A DNA stretch of 64,000 nt. Origin: Vulcanimicrobiota bacterium. Its GTDB lineage: Bacteria > Vulcanimicrobiota > Vulcanimicrobiia > Vulcanimicrobiales > Vulcanimicrobiaceae. The translations under genes and the position numbers were made by a program. Of the stretch, positions 1 to 10,445 are shown piece after piece; position 1 is the first letter of the stretch, and the number at the start of each line of letters is the position of its first letter. The notes beneath the pieces were generated by a model. That model did no database searches. It was not told the DNA's origin and saw only the letters and a list, made by a program, of their open reading frames with translations. The stretch lies in assembly GCA_963833095.1 (NCBI GenBank), contig CAWHWQ010000004.1:160001-224000 (forward strand), read 5' to 3'.

Positions 1-390
1 GCCGCGCTCGCGCATCGCCGGCAAAAACGCGCGGTTGACCCGCAGGGGTCCAAAGACGTTGATCGCATATTGCTGCTCCACGAGCGCAGGCGTATACGCT
101 TCGAGCAGGCCAAAGTACGCGGCGCCCGCGTTGTTGACGAGCAGATCCGGCGTTGCGATTGCAACGATCGCTCTCGCCGCAGCGTCGACCGAGGCGTCAC
201 TGGTCACGTCGAGCTCGACGACCTTTGCCCCAAGCGCGCGAAGCGTTTTTGCAGCCTCGGCATTGGCGGCGGCCGCGTTGCGCATGGTCGCAAAGACGCG
301 CCAGCCCTCGCCCAGGAGCAACTCCGCCGTCACGCGGCCAAAGCCGGAGTTGGAACCGGTGATGACCGCCGTGCGCTGCGCTGACATCAT
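1..390 (-). CDS. SDR family oxidoreductase (3' end runs off the window)
   Basis: Manual minus-strand translation MMSAQRTAVITGSNSGFG...LLVNNAG shows the TGxxxGxG and NNAG SDR motifs; not in the ORF track because it is truncated. Confidence 0.85.
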   Translation of the reverse strand, partial: MMSAQRTAVITGSNSGFGRVTAELLLGEGWRVFATMRNAAAANAEAAKTLRALGAKVVELDVTSDASVDAAARAIVAIATPDLLVNNAGAAYFGLLEAYTPALVEQQYAINVFGPLRVNRAFLPAMRERG

Positions 391-472
391 CTAGTTATAC
401 CATCAGAATACGCGCCCCGCATCACGTATCTAGGTGATGTAGGTTGTCTCCATTCGTGGGACGGTAGACACC

Positions 473-871
473 ATGAGAGTCCTCCTGATTACTGCGATTA
501 CACTGCTCGCCATGACCTCGGCTGCGCTCGCGGTCACCGAAAACAGTCCCGCCCCAGTCCAAATTACGGCCTGTGTCGTAATGCTGGCCGGAAATGCGGA
601 TGCCGTTGGTGCACCCGGTGTGAGCCTGACCAACGGTGTGACCACAACGCTGGTGAATAACAGCGGCAAGGTCATCAAGGGGTTGACGGTTGCGGGCGAC
701 TACCACGGCCGCCATGAATCCGCCAGCGCAAGCTTCACGTTCAATCCCGGAACCACGGTGCAGATCACGCGCCACTTTACGCAATCGGCGTACGTTGACC
801 CCGACGCGAAGTGCCGCGTGACGCACGTGGACTTCGCCGACGGAACCTCGTGGAGCGCGCCCAGCCAATAG
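473..871 (+). CDS. Secreted hypothetical protein
   Basis: Signal peptide MRVLLITAITLLAMTSAALA; two Cys; C-terminal VDFADGTSW. Confidence 0.65.
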   Translation: MRVLLITAITLLAMTSAALAVTENSPAPVQITACVVMLAGNADAVGAPGVSLTNGVTTTLVNNSGKVIKGLTVAGDYHGRHESASASFTFNPGTTVQITRHFTQSAYVDPDAKCRVTHVDFADGTSWSAPSQ

Positions 872-879
872 CGCACCTG

Positions 880-2409
880 ATGCGCTATAACACCGCCGCG
901 ACGCGAGCGGCCTGCATCATTCTCGGTTCGCTCTTGGCGGCGTTTATCGACCGATCGACGGCTACCGCGACGGGTGCCGTCCTGCCCTGGGCCCAAGGCG
1001 ACCTTGCAATTTCGGGCGATGACGCGCCGCTCGTCGCCGTTGCGTACAATGCCGCGTACTATAGCGGCATATTGCTTGGTCCGTTTCTTGTAATGCGCGC
1101 GGGGCGGATTCGCTATCTGGCCCTCTGCCTTGTGACCTACGCCGTTGCGGCGTTGTGCTGTGGCCTCAGTCAATCGTTCTGGGAACTGGTCGTGTTTCGG
1201 ATCGTTCTTGGCGCTGCAGGCGGTGGATTTTTTCTCGGCGGCCTCCTGACAAGTTTCGCCAACCTCCCGCCGCGCGTAACGCCGCTCTTTATCCTCGGCT
1301 ATGCTGCGGTGTCACAATGCGCAAGCGCGGTGGCGCCGCTTTTGGCCGGGTCGGTCGTCAACGATGAGTCCTGGCGCATCCTCTACCTGGTGCTAGGGCT
1401 TGGCGCTGCAGCGGCCGCAGCACTGGTGACCGTTCCCGCATCGGAGAGCGGCCTCGATAAAGACCTGCGCAAGCAGAACGCGCAGACGTCGACGGACTTC
1501 GTCGGCCTCAGTCTCCTGGTTGTTCTTATTTCCGCCTACGCCTACACGATGGGATACGGCGAGCAGCGCGATTGGCTCAACGCGGACGACGTCGCGTTCG
1601 CGATAGGACTGCTTGCAATCGTCGCGATCGCGCTTCTTGCTTGGGAACGATTCGGCGCGCGCGATCCGATTGTTCCGCTCGCGATCTTCGGCGAACGCGA
1701 CGTTCGGCTCGGCGTAATCCTCGGCCTCGCCGCCGGATTTCCGCTTTACGGCACCTCGGTACTACTGCAATACCTCGAAGGCACGCTGAACTTTCCGCTC
1801 CACCTCGCCGGCGGCGTCATCGCGATACGCGCGATCTCGCTGTTAGTCTCCGCGCCGGTAGGAAGCGCGCTTGTGGCACGTGGTGTGGACTCGCGCGTGG
1901 TCATGGCGGCAGGGTTCGTCATGAGCGCGGTCGCCTTTGCATGGGAGTCGTCGGGTATCACCAGCGGCGCGGAGTTCGCGAGCTTCATTGGGCCCGAAAT
2001 TCTGGTTGGACTCGGTTTTGGCCTCACCTACGCCCCACTGTTGCTCACCGTTGTTAGCAACGTACGCGCGGTATATATCCCATTTGCTATCGCGCTCATG
2101 AACTTCGTATTTGTCTTGCCTGGATCGTTTGCCAATGCTGCGCTCGGCACGCTCTTCGATCATCGCCTTTCGAGCCACTTAGCGGATCTCGCTTCATCCG
2201 CGAGTCTCGCCCGTCCGGTTATTCGCGAAGCGATGCGGCAGGATCCGTCGGCAACGCTGCGCCTCCTCGCCGAGCTCGTCTACCAGCAGTCGGCCGTCAT
2301 GGCATTCGTCGACGTCGCGCTCGGGTGCGCGGCGGTTGCCGCCATCGCCCTTCCGTTCACGCTCATCCTCCGCCCGGCAAGGTCCGAGATCGCGCAAACG
2401 ACGCCATGA
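880..2409 (+). CDS. MFS transporter, DHA2/EmrB-like
   Basis: Many hydrophobic segments, GRIR loop, FRIVLGAAGG, DPIVPLAIF motif; start moved to ATG 880. Confidence 0.8.
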   Translation: MRYNTAATRAACIILGSLLAAFIDRSTATATGAVLPWAQGDLAISGDDAPLVAVAYNAAYYSGILLGPFLVMRAGRIRYLALCLVTYAVAALCCGLSQSFWELVVFRIVLGAAGGGFFLGGLLTSFANLPPRVTPLFILGYAAVSQCASAVAPLLAGSVVNDESWRILYLVLGLGAAAAAALVTVPASESGLDKDLRKQNAQTSTDFVGLSLLVVLISAYAYTMGYGEQRDWLNADDVAFAIGLLAIVAIALLAWERFGARDPIVPLAIFGERDVRLGVILGLAAGFPLYGTSVLLQYLEGTLNFPLHLAGGVIAIRAISLLVSAPVGSALVARGVDSRVVMAAGFVMSAVAFAWESSGITSGAEFASFIGPEILVGLGFGLTYAPLLLTVVSNVRAVYIPFAIALMNFVFVLPGSFANAALGTLFDHRLSSHLADLASSASLARPVIREAMRQDPSATLRLLAELVYQQSAVMAFVDVALGCAAVAAIALPFTLILRPARSEIAQTTP

Positions 2410-2717
2410 TTTCAGGACGGCTCGAACTTGATGAAGACCAGCGTGCGTTGTGCGGGCGCATACGAGCTTGTATTGAACGAGCAACGGCAGCGGATCCATG
2501 GCTTGCGGCTGACGCCCAGGCGGCGATGCTCGAGCTGTCCGAGGCTCTCGTGTCGGGGCCCAGCGACCTTGACCTCGTGCATTGGAGGCGATTCTTTAGC
2601 GTGGTAGTGGCGATCGCTCGAAGGCTCGACACGATGCCGATCACGCTCGCGCAGCAACTCGCAGTGGTTCATCTCGCGCGCCTTATCGATGAGAATCGCG
2701 ATCTCATTGACGCATAA
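2406..2717 (+). CDS. Hypothetical protein
   Basis: ATGA overlap with the MFS stop; helical-looking sequence. Confidence 0.45.
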   Translation: MISGRLELDEDQRALCGRIRACIERATAADPWLAADAQAAMLELSEALVSGPSDLDLVHWRRFFSVVVAIARRLDTMPITLAQQLAVVHLARLIDENRDLIDA

Positions 2718-2722
2718 GCTGA

Positions 2723-3466
2723 CTACTTCGCTGCGCTGACATCGGCCGCGGTCACGGGACCGCCATGGTTTCCCCAGGACGTCCGGATGTAGGTGATGAC
2801 CGCTGCCACTTGCGCAGCCGTCAACGCCTGTTTCCAACCAGGCATCGTACCTTCGTATGCGGCGCCGTTCACGGTGATTTTTGCGTTGAGTCCGTTGTTG
2901 ACGATCTCGATGACCTTGTTCGCCGGGCCCGTCACGTCCGGATTATTCGCCAGCGGCGGGAAGACGCCGGGCGTCCCTGTGCCCGCGGCGCCGTGACACG
3001 CAGAGCAATTCGCCGTGTAGACGGTCTCGCCGACCGCCGTGCTTGCGACAGCGGTTTCCTTCGCCGTGCGTTCGCCGGCGTATCCGCGAAGCAACGCGAT
3101 CTCGCTCGCGCTCTTTCCCTCTGGAATCGACACCAGGTAGCCATAAATCTTCGCCGCGTCCTGATCGGAAACGATCAACGCGCTGTACGCCGGCATTGCG
3201 TCTCTCGGCGTACGCAATTGTGTTAGGAACGCGCTATAGGGCTTCGGATGAGGCGCCAGCATCGGTCCCCAGCCGCCGCTCCCGCGCCGCCCGCTCCCTT
3301 GCCCGACCGTGCCGTGACACTCATAACAGCCGACGCGCATGAAGAGCGCTTTCCCGACCTTTGCATTGCCGGCGGGCGCGCTGCTTTGGCCGAACACAGC
3401 GCCCGTCCCCGCGAGTAGAGCGAACCCGAGTGCCGTGGCAAGTCCGATCGAACGTCGTGTGTCCAT
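2723..3466 (-). CDS. Exported diheme c-type cytochrome
   Basis: Signal peptide; two CxxCH motifs (CYECH, CSACH), each followed by a distal MP motif. Confidence 0.88.
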   Translation of the reverse strand: MDTRRSIGLATALGFALLAGTGAVFGQSSAPAGNAKVGKALFMRVGCYECHGTVGQGSGRRGSGGWGPMLAPHPKPYSAFLTQLRTPRDAMPAYSALIVSDQDAAKIYGYLVSIPEGKSASEIALLRGYAGERTAKETAVASTAVGETVYTANCSACHGAAGTGTPGVFPPLANNPDVTGPANKVIEIVNNGLNAKITVNGAAYEGTMPGWKQALTAAQVAAVITYIRTSWGNHGGPVTAADVSAAK

Positions 3467-3468
3467 GG

Positions 3469-5400
3469 TTAGCGGCCTTGCGAAACGACATCGATCAGCG
3501 CGGGTTCACCGCGCTTTACGACGGTTAGCGCCCGAGCTATTGCCGGGCCGAGGTCCGCAGGCGAGCTGATTGGACCTTGTCCGTAGATGCCAAGGCCACT
3601 TGCGATCTTCGCGTAGTCGATGTCCGGTCGCGTGAGCGTCGTACCGATCCCAGCGCGCTCGGGATGCCGATTGCGGCGCGCGGTCTCGACCTGAATGGCC
3701 ATTTCTTCTTGGTGATAGGCGCGGTTGTTATGAATGAGCGTCAAGAGCGGCAGCTTATGGTGCGCAGCCGACCAATGCGAGCCCGGAAGCATCATGAAGT
3801 CGCCATCTCCCTGAATGCTCACGCACACGATCCCGTCATTGCGATGCGCAAGCGCTGCTCCGACCGATGCAGGGCCGTTGTACCCAATTCCAATTGCGCC
3901 GGAACCACCAATGTATTGGTGATGCTTCGTGAAGTCCCATAAACGTTGTTGCCAGTTGCTTTGAAAGGCCGACCACGAGACCAGGGCCCAATCGATATCT
4001 TGTATTTGGTTCCAGAGCTCCATGACCAAGCGCGGAACGCTGATGGGACTCGCGTCCCAGCCTACCGCCGCGGCGTTGGCGTCGGCTGCACGCCGGGCGG
4101 CGAAGGCATTCTTTAGCTTGTCCGCGCGATCCGCGTTCTGGTTACGACGCGATTGTGACATCGCTCGCTGCACCGCCTCAATCAGACCCGGGAGCGTCGC
4201 CTCCGAATCGCCGGCAACGGGCAGATCCGCCTGATAGAAGCGCTGCTTGACCTGATAGTTTCCTTCGGGAACGTTGAGTTCGGCGTCGATCGAGATGACT
4301 TTGACGCCGCCGGCAATGCGGTACCTCGTTTCGTGAATCACCCCATCCGATACGGATCCGACGACCGAGAAAAGATCTCCGACATCGAGCGCGAGCAACA
4401 CATCGGCCTGCGTCACCACGAACGCGGGCGACCACAGATGATGATTGCTCGGAAAGTTCATGCGCCCGAGCAAATCGACAACCGGCGCTTGGAGCGTCTC
4501 GGCTAATGTTACCAGCAGTTCGACCCCTGCCGGTGTGCGCGCTGCGCGGTCTACCACGATGACGGGATACTTTGCGTCAACCAGCAGCGTCGCAATTTCC
4601 GCAACGGCGTTTGCATCCGCCGCCGGCGGTCGAACGGCAACGAACGGTTTCATCGTGGGCATACCGCTCGTCGTCATGTCTTGCAAATCTTGATCGAGGA
4701 CGAGCGCGACCGGCCCCATCGGCGGCGTCGTTGCCAACCCGTGCGCCCGCCCAAGTGCTTCGGCAAAATCTTCCAGCGAGCCAGGTTGCTCGTCGTATTT
4801 GAGGTACCCGCGCAGCATTGCGAGGCCATCGGTTGCGTTGTGGTACCAGTCTGGTGGTGAAATGCGATGGGTGGCGTCCGCGTAGTTTCCGGTCAGCAGC
4901 AACATCGGAACACGATCGGCGTAGGCATTATAGACGCCCATGGAAGCGTGTTGAACGCCGACGACACCGTGCACCGCAAACGCCATTGGTTTGCCCGAGG
5001 CCTTTGCATAGCCGTGCGCGACTGCGGCTGAAATCTCTTCGTGCGTCACCGTCAGCCACTCGGGCTTCCCGTCGGTTGGATAGTTGAGGACCGATTCCTG
5101 AAAGCCGCTAAACGTCGTCCCGGGGATCGCCGCGACATACTCGTAACCCAGTGCCTTCAAGCACGCAACCATGAAGTCCGAACCCGGATTCGTCACGTGG
5201 TAAACCGGATCGTATGCCTCTGCTTGAGCGATCTCGATTCCGGCGAATTCCGTCAGCGCTGACGGCGCCAGCTTTGCCGGCGCAGATGGCGGCACAGACG
5301 CCTGCGCCGTGGCCGCCGACACGCCGGCGGTCGCAGCCGCCGCAACGGCTGCAGTTGCAGAAAGGAACGCGCGACGATCGACGCCGTTTGCTTTCTTCAC
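3469..5400 (-). CDS. Thiamine-diphosphate-binding enzyme (ALS/benzoylformate decarboxylase-like) with Tat signal
   Basis: DRRAFL twin-arginine motif plus Ala-rich h-region; HEE catalytic Glu; GDGDF...HNN ThDP/Mg motif. Confidence 0.85.
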   Translation of the reverse strand: MKKANGVDRRAFLSATAAVAAAATAGVSAATAQASVPPSAPAKLAPSALTEFAGIEIAQAEAYDPVYHVTNPGSDFMVACLKALGYEYVAAIPGTTFSGFQESVLNYPTDGKPEWLTVTHEEISAAVAHGYAKASGKPMAFAVHGVVGVQHASMGVYNAYADRVPMLLLTGNYADATHRISPPDWYHNATDGLAMLRGYLKYDEQPGSLEDFAEALGRAHGLATTPPMGPVALVLDQDLQDMTTSGMPTMKPFVAVRPPAADANAVAEIATLLVDAKYPVIVVDRAARTPAGVELLVTLAETLQAPVVDLLGRMNFPSNHHLWSPAFVVTQADVLLALDVGDLFSVVGSVSDGVIHETRYRIAGGVKVISIDAELNVPEGNYQVKQRFYQADLPVAGDSEATLPGLIEAVQRAMSQSRRNQNADRADKLKNAFAARRAADANAAAVGWDASPISVPRLVMELWNQIQDIDWALVSWSAFQSNWQQRLWDFTKHHQYIGGSGAIGIGYNGPASVGAALAHRNDGIVCVSIQGDGDFMMLPGSHWSAAHHKLPLLTLIHNNRAYHQEEMAIQVETARRNRHPERAGIGTTLTRPDIDYAKIASGLGIYGQGPISSPADLGPAIARALTVVKRGEPALIDVVSQGR

Positions 5401-6086
5401 GCGAGAACGGACGCGGCTTTGGCTGCTGACTCGATCAGTGTTGTCACCTCGTCGGGATGCGAGACCATTGCGACATGACTCGACGGGACCTCGACGATCG
5501 TCGCATTCATGCGCTTGGCCATCGCGCGCTCAGCGTCGGGTGGAATCGCCTGGTCCTTTGCGGCGACGAGATACCACGACGGAAAGGTCTTCCAGGCCGG
5601 TTCGCCCATCGCGGTACCGAACGCCGCCGCAGCCAACGGCTGCTGTGTCGCGTACATCACGTTGGCCCGCGCTGGATCGACGTCAAACGCAAAGTGCTTG
5701 ACATAGTCGTCCTGCGGAATCCAGGCCATGCCTTGTTTATCGATCGCTAGGTGCGCGATTGCCGGCATCGGCGGGCCGGGTGCCGCTCCCAGCGACTCAC
5801 CTTGGTCGATGCCGAAGGCGGCGATGTAGACCAGACCGCACACGTTTGGTGCATCCTTACCGAGCGCTGTCATGATCTGGCCACCATACGAATGGCCGGC
5901 GACGATCGTCGGGCCGTTCTGCAGCGCGAGCACTTCACGCAGTCGGGCAACGTCGTCGCTCAGCGCGGTCAGCGGAAATTGCGGCGCGGTGACGTTGTAT
6001 CCGGCCGCTTGCAGGCGTTCGATGACGGCGCTCCAACTGGAACCGTCGGCCCACGCTCCGTGGACGAGGACGATGTTAACGGACAT
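5397..6086 (-). CDS. Alpha/beta hydrolase
   Basis: LVHGAW, GHSYGG nucleophile elbow, SSH; stop overlaps the GTG of the ThDP gene. Confidence 0.85.
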   Translation of the reverse strand: MSVNIVLVHGAWADGSSWSAVIERLQAAGYNVTAPQFPLTALSDDVARLREVLALQNGPTIVAGHSYGGQIMTALGKDAPNVCGLVYIAAFGIDQGESLGAAPGPPMPAIAHLAIDKQGMAWIPQDDYVKHFAFDVDPARANVMYATQQPLAAAAFGTAMGEPAWKTFPSWYLVAAKDQAIPPDAERAMAKRMNATIVEVPSSHVAMVSHPDEVTTLIESAAKAASVLA

Positions 6087-6161
6087 TGCACGTTCCTTTC
6101 GTCAATAGGACGATTGTGGCGCTGCCGGGAAGCGATAGCGTCACCCAATTAGGTGAGGCAT

Positions 6162-6533
6162 ATGAACGTAAAGCTCGGCTCCGTTGCGCACTTTTCGCTG
6201 CCTGTACGCGAACCGGTCGCAAGCGCGAAATGGTGGATGACCAACTTCGATCTCGCCGAAGTCCGTGCGTCCGCCGACCGCGTGCTGCTGCGAAATGACA
6301 ACTTCATGCTGGTCCTGTTTCGCGGCGAGCCGCGTCGTGACGCCGGAGAGCACATGGCTTTCAACGTCGCCGACGTCGATGCGCTTACCGAAGCCGGCAT
6401 CGCACTGCTGGCAAAGGGCGTCGAACTCGAAGACGGCGAGAATGCGATCGGGCCGGTGGTGCCGGGATCAAGTAGTCTTGGTTTGTGGTTTCGAGATCCC
6501 GACGGCTACCGGTGGGAGCTCTACGTCCGTTAG
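6162..6533 (+). CDS. VOC/glyoxalase family protein
   Basis: HFSLPV, HMAFNV, WFRDPDGYRWEL motifs; GAGG RBS. Confidence 0.8.
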   Translation: MNVKLGSVAHFSLPVREPVASAKWWMTNFDLAEVRASADRVLLRNDNFMLVLFRGEPRRDAGEHMAFNVADVDALTEAGIALLAKGVELEDGENAIGPVVPGSSSLGLWFRDPDGYRWELYVR

Positions 6534-6671
6534 TTCGGCAAGACGCGCATCTTCATATCTGCGGTTCGCCCTGGGACTGCAACGAATATCAGCCTGGCGA
6601 CCGCGCCGTTTGGACAATGGCGTACGCCCGCTAACCAGGGGATCGATTTCGCTGCCATAACATGATGGGGC

Positions 6672-9398
6672 ATGAAGGCCCAGGTCCCTGACCTCAGGTC
6701 CACACCGCAGCTTCTCGGGCGATTACTCGAACTCGAACAAGCGCGCGACGTGCTCGAAGAGACGGCACGAACCGGCCAAGCCTCAGCGATTCTCATATCC
6801 GGTTCGCCGGGAATCGGCAAGAGCGCCGTGCTCGACCGCATCATTCAAGACGCGCACGAGTCGGGCTACGCTGTCGGGCGCAGCAAGGCCGACGAGGCCG
6901 ATCAGATCGCACCGATGGCGTTGTTGTTGCTCGCGTTGCGCTACGGCACAAATCCGCTCGTGTCTCGGCAGGCCTTCAGCAATCTCGCGCCGTTGCGCGA
7001 TCAACCGCTCTGGCTCATCGACGAGCTGATCGCCATTCTCGAAGAGCGCTCCATGCAAACGCCGATCCTCATCGCACTCGATGACATCCAATGGGCCGAT
7101 CGGCTGACACGCTCGTGCCTGCGATTGATGCCCGCGCGCCTTGCCGGCTCACCCATCGTGTGGGCACTGTCGGTGCGCGTCGGCGACCGATCGTTGGTGG
7201 AAGTTCGCGAAACGCTCGCGCGCGATCTCATGCGCGTCGAGGAGCTAGCGTTGGCACCGCTCGATGAGCAAACGATTGAAGAGATCGCAAACGTCTATCT
7301 TGGCGAACCGCCGGATGCTCGGACGCGAGACCTCTTGAGGAATGCAGGCGGTAATCCGTTCCTTGCGGTGCAGTTGTTGTACGGCCCTCAGCGCCTTCGC
7401 GAGAGCGTCCAGCAGCGCGTTGAAGCCTTGGGACAAGCCGCTGTCGCTCTGGTTCGGTTCGCGGCCGTGTTGGGTCGTCCGTTTACGTTCACGGATGCCG
7501 CGGCGATCCTCGAGGACGCTTCTTCTCACACAATACTCGCTTCGCTCGAAGCAACGGTGCGAGCTGACATTTTCGTTGAGGACGCGACAACGGTCGCATT
7601 CAAACACGATTTGCTTCGCCAGGCAATCTACGAAGAGACCCCTCCCTCGCAGCGTCTGGCGCTGCACCGCGCGATCGCGGCGCATCTTTTGGAAACAGCC
7701 GGCCCCATCGACGCGACCTCGCACGTCCTCGCAAGCGCCAGCGTCGCCGACCGCGGTGCGGCCGACGTCGTGGCGCGCGCGGCGACAGCGGTGCTTTCGG
7801 CGACGCCCGCGGTCGCCGCCGAACTCGTGATAAAGGCGTTCGCCTTGATTCTTCCCTCCGACCCGAATTGGCTCGACGTCGGTCTCACGGCACTTTCGAT
7901 TCTCGTCAAGGCGCGGCGCCCACGCGAAGCCGTCGCATTGGCCGATCAACTGCTTGCCGCAGAACCAGGCAACACCGTGCACGCGGAAATCCAGAGTTAC
8001 GCGGCACGCGCGCTGTGGGAGATGGGTTACGCCCGGCAAATCGTCGCGCGAGCCGACGAGGCGCTTGCACTCGGCGGCCTGTCTGGTTCGTCGCGAGCAG
8101 AGTTGCTTGCTCACCGCGCGATCGGGTTAGGGCGCACCGGAAGCTACGAAATGGCGATTGCCGCGGGGCAGGAAGCGCTTGAAGAAAGTCGCCGCGAGAA
8201 TAACGCCGATGCGACAACGCTTGCGCTGCGCGCCTTGACCGACGCCTCGACCAGCGACGGACGCTACGTCGATGCCTTGCAGTACGTTCGCGAGATCGAT
8301 TCCGCCGAGGATACAATTGGCACGATCTGCCAAGAAGTCATGCTGTTGCAGCAGCTCGACCGATACGATGAGGGACGAGCCCTGCTCGCGCGCGGCTACG
8401 CGCTCGCCGAAGGAAGCGCCCCGGTCTCGGACCTTGTGCTCGCTCAGCTCTGGCTCGAGTACACGACGGCAAACTTTCAGGACGCTGAAGCCTTAGCGCT
8501 CACGCTGGTTCGCGAGTGCGACGAGGTTCACGAGAAGACGTACGAAGTCGAAGGACGCCTGTTGCTTGCGCGAGTCGCTCAAGCGCGCGGTGACTACGTG
8601 GCCTCGCATCGCCACCTCGAGCTTGCCGCTGAAGACGACAACAATGCGACCTCCGATGATACGCGCCGGATGCTGCGACTCGTCGCGAACGCGTGGTTGT
8701 GCGAAGCGGAAGACGACGTCGTCGGGGCGCTCGCGTGCGTGCGTGAAGTCGTGCACTCCGAACGCGGTGTGCGTCATCGGTGGCGCTGGCAGAGCGGCTG
8801 GCTGGCGCTCGCGGCGCGTTGCGCGGCGCTCGGCGGCGACGCCGAACTTGGGCGCGAACTCGCCGCTTCGGCGACCGCGCTTGGCGAGCGGAATCCGAAT
8901 GTTGCGTCGATCGTCGGAATCGGGCACTACGCTCGCGGACTTGCTACGGCGGATCTCGCCGCGCTCGAACGCGCGATGGAAACGTTTCAATCAAGCCCCC
9001 GCCCCACGATGCTCGCCGATGCGCAAGCAGACTACGGGCGCGAGCTGTTGCGACGGGGCCAACGTCGCCTTGGCGTCGCCGCGCTCAAAGAGGCCCTGCA
9101 GCGATTCGAGTCGGTTGGCGCCTTCAGCGATGCCGAACGCGCGCAACGCTCGCTGCTCGCGGCCGGCGTCCGGATGCACAAGCCACCGGCCCCGAGGGCC
9201 GTCGAGGGCTGGGCATCGCTGACGAAGACGGAGCGGCGCGTAGCGCGTCTCATCGCTGACGGGCACACGAACCGCTCGGCCGCCAAGGAGTTGGCCCTCT
9301 CGCCCAACACCGTTGCGACCCACTTACGCAGCGTCTTCGGGAAGCTCGCGGTGAACTCGCGCGTTCAGCTTGCGCGCGCGATGATGAACCTCACCTAA
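6672..9398 (+). CDS. Large ATP-binding LuxR-family (LAL) regulator
   Basis: Walker A GSPGIGKS, DDIQWAD, GGNPF, C-terminal LuxR HTH (GHTNRSAAKELALSPNTVATHL). Confidence 0.88.
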   Translation: MKAQVPDLRSTPQLLGRLLELEQARDVLEETARTGQASAILISGSPGIGKSAVLDRIIQDAHESGYAVGRSKADEADQIAPMALLLLALRYGTNPLVSRQAFSNLAPLRDQPLWLIDELIAILEERSMQTPILIALDDIQWADRLTRSCLRLMPARLAGSPIVWALSVRVGDRSLVEVRETLARDLMRVEELALAPLDEQTIEEIANVYLGEPPDARTRDLLRNAGGNPFLAVQLLYGPQRLRESVQQRVEALGQAAVALVRFAAVLGRPFTFTDAAAILEDASSHTILASLEATVRADIFVEDATTVAFKHDLLRQAIYEETPPSQRLALHRAIAAHLLETAGPIDATSHVLASASVADRGAADVVARAATAVLSATPAVAAELVIKAFALILPSDPNWLDVGLTALSILVKARRPREAVALADQLLAAEPGNTVHAEIQSYAARALWEMGYARQIVARADEALALGGLSGSSRAELLAHRAIGLGRTGSYEMAIAAGQEALEESRRENNADATTLALRALTDASTSDGRYVDALQYVREIDSAEDTIGTICQEVMLLQQLDRYDEGRALLARGYALAEGSAPVSDLVLAQLWLEYTTANFQDAEALALTLVRECDEVHEKTYEVEGRLLLARVAQARGDYVASHRHLELAAEDDNNATSDDTRRMLRLVANAWLCEAEDDVVGALACVREVVHSERGVRHRWRWQSGWLALAARCAALGGDAELGRELAASATALGERNPNVASIVGIGHYARGLATADLAALERAMETFQSSPRPTMLADAQADYGRELLRRGQRRLGVAALKEALQRFESVGAFSDAERAQRSLLAAGVRMHKPPAPRAVEGWASLTKTERRVARLIADGHTNRSAAKELALSPNTVATHLRSVFGKLAVNSRVQLARAMMNLT

Positions 9399-9440
9399 AT
9401 AGGTGAGTCGCCGTGCGCCACGCGGTGATAGCGTAGCGCC

Positions 9441-9842
9441 ATGATGCCCGGAAAGTTCTGGGAGGACATCGTCCGGAACAGCACGCCCGAACAGTTCGCT
9501 GCTGCCTTCACGCCGACGGCAACGCTCGAGACCGCTGTAACCAACATGCCGATCGAAGGCGCCGCTGCGATCCGGGTTTTCATGCTCGCTGCAGCGGCCG
9601 TATATGAGCGTCTCGCCTTTTCCAGCGAGACGCGCGGCGAGGGGGTCATCTACCTCGAGTGGGACGGTGTTGCGTTCGGCGAGCCGGTTGCCGGCATCAC
9701 GGCATTTCATCACAATGCGGCCGGTGAGTTCGAGGCTATCCTCCTCCAACACCGCCGGCTATGCACGATCGTGCGTTTCGCCCGCGAGCTCGCAAAAAAG
9801 CTGGACGGTCAATTCCCCACCGATCTCTTCGCACTCGAGTAA
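9441..9842 (+). CDS. SnoaL/NTF2-like protein
   Basis: FAAAFTPTATL...GAAAIR pattern and size; -10-like hexamer 6 nt upstream. Confidence 0.55.
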   Translation: MMPGKFWEDIVRNSTPEQFAAAFTPTATLETAVTNMPIEGAAAIRVFMLAAAAVYERLAFSSETRGEGVIYLEWDGVAFGEPVAGITAFHHNAAGEFEAILLQHRRLCTIVRFARELAKKLDGQFPTDLFALE

Positions 9843-9855
9843 AAGGAACATAACC

Positions 9856-10275
9856 ATGCCTATGATCGACGTCACCGCCGCCGCGGGAACATTCACAAAG
9901 AAACACGATCTCGCGCAAGCCTTGGCCGAATGCATGATGCGCTGGGAAAAAGTTCCGCCGATTGCATTGTTCAAAGACAACACCGCCGCATTCATTCACG
10001 ATCTGCCGCCCGATGCGCTATCGAACGCAGCCGGCGCTTCGAACTACGTCCGCGTCAACGTGCTTACTCCAACCGGCGTGCTCGATCGCGATAAAAAGCT
10101 CGGCGTGGTCAAAGAGATGACCGATATCGTCGCCGCGGCGGCCGGCGACCCGACGCTCGTGGAACGCACGTGGGTACTCATCTCCGAAGCACCGGACGGC
10201 GGCTGGGGGATCGACGGCCACGCTTACACGAACGCCGAGATCGGCGAGCGTGCCCGCAAAGACCTCGGGAAATAG
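9856..10275 (+). CDS. Tautomerase superfamily protein
   Basis: Begins MP (catalytic Pro1); WVLISE..GGWGIDG; AAGGA RBS. Confidence 0.75.
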   Translation: MPMIDVTAAAGTFTKKHDLAQALAECMMRWEKVPPIALFKDNTAAFIHDLPPDALSNAAGASNYVRVNVLTPTGVLDRDKKLGVVKEMTDIVAAAAGDPTLVERTWVLISEAPDGGWGIDGHAYTNAEIGERARKDLGK

Positions 10276-10368
10276 TTTGTCATGCCGAGCGCGCAGCGCT
10301 TTGTCATGCCGAGCGCGCAGCGCTTTGTCATCCCGAGCGTAGCGAACGAAGTGCGCGCAGTCGAGGGA
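10276..10368 (+). repeat. TGTCA-tagged REP-like cluster (2 short units + 1 full unit)
   Basis: TTTGTCATGCCGAGCGCGCAGCGC x2, then TTTGTCATCCCGAG...TCGAGGGA. Confidence 0.85.
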
Positions 10369-10445
10369 TTGCGGGCGGATGGCCTACAACGCAAGATTCA
10401 GTTGCGACCACAAGACGTCTTTATCAATCTGGTCCGCAATACGCG

